From assembly GCA_012026655.1 (NCBI GenBank), contig JAAILG010001136.1, positions 1 to 64,000 on the forward strand: 64,000 nucleotides of DNA. The letters are read 5' to 3'. Below the pieces are notes generated by a model that was given only the letters and a program-made list of their open reading frames with translations, searched no databases and was not told where the DNA came from. The stretch comes from Hydrolagus affinis. Taxonomy: Eukaryota. Made by a program: the position numbers and the translations under genes. This document shows positions 63,325 through 64,000 of the stretch, one piece after another. How positions within the stretch are numbered: the stretch's first letter is position 1; each line of letters begins with the position of its first letter.

Positions 63325-64000
63325 TTTATATAGATCGATTTCTAATTTAACTGTAATTCCAAAATACAGACCCAAAGTATAAGGATCAGATTGGACAATA
63401 TGATAACAACATTTTGTAGACTTCCCCACTAAACAGAATGCATCTGCGGTACGCAATCTAATAATATCCACTGGTTACAGTCAATCAGTTAGATCTGCAG
63501 ATAGTATTGTGCTTTCGTTCCATGCAGAAAACACCTTGAGCAGGCAGAATGGTTCTCTTTTGATAGGCATATTGGAATCCATAAGCTTTGCTGACTACAA
63601 AATGGATTGCTGGATACTGTCTGGCTCTGGACTCTTAGCAGTCATCAATTATATACATGTTTGCCTTTTTGATATACAGTACATAGCACAACCGTCAATT
63701 TTGTCCTTCAAAACTGTCTGCCTTTACTAAACAGGCCTCAGCTTCAAATGTGAGACAACCATGTCTCAAAAAGGCCCAGGGAGAGGAACACACAAGACCT
63801 CCTTATGTGTAGTTGATCTATTGTCTAATTTCTACTGTCTGTTCAAGTTAGCATAGCTTATTTTCGTGGGTTGAGCACTCTTACACAGTAAAAAGTGACC
63901 AGATCGAGGCTTTGGTAGCAGGTCTGCATCAGCGCAATTCTCCATGGTAAACCTAATGCACGTGAACCAAGCAATGGCTGGGCCATTAGAAAATTGTCAA

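Overview
Vertebrate genomic DNA. The repeat content (tRNA-derived SINEs with L2-type tails, Deu-domain SINEs, L2 and CR1 fragments) points to a cartilaginous fish, probably a chimaera; this is inference. The whole window lies inside one minus-strand gene, STXBP5L (tomosyn-2). I resolved 15 internal coding exons (50416 down to 8272) with GT-AG boundaries and continuous phase, running from the WD40 region into the hypervariable region, plus one candidate unrecognised 51-nt exon (690-740). The most unusual signal is in the first ~10 kb. The introns on both sides of the 8272-8337 exon contain several decayed reading frames that by eye resemble, in collinear order, a segmented negative-strand RNA virus of the Bunyavirales type (phenui/phasma/hanta-like). 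These are an L polymerase C-terminal half (~1155-4090, +), an L middle piece with motif-F-like and motif-B-like peptides (~8450-9710, +), a possible further L piece (~4880-5340) and an antiparallel nucleocapsid-like frame (~7320-7970, -) bracketed by ~105-bp direct repeats. The viral assignments rest on manual translation and remembered consensus motifs, not on a database search, and need tBLASTn/HMM confirmation. Repeat coordinates are approximate.
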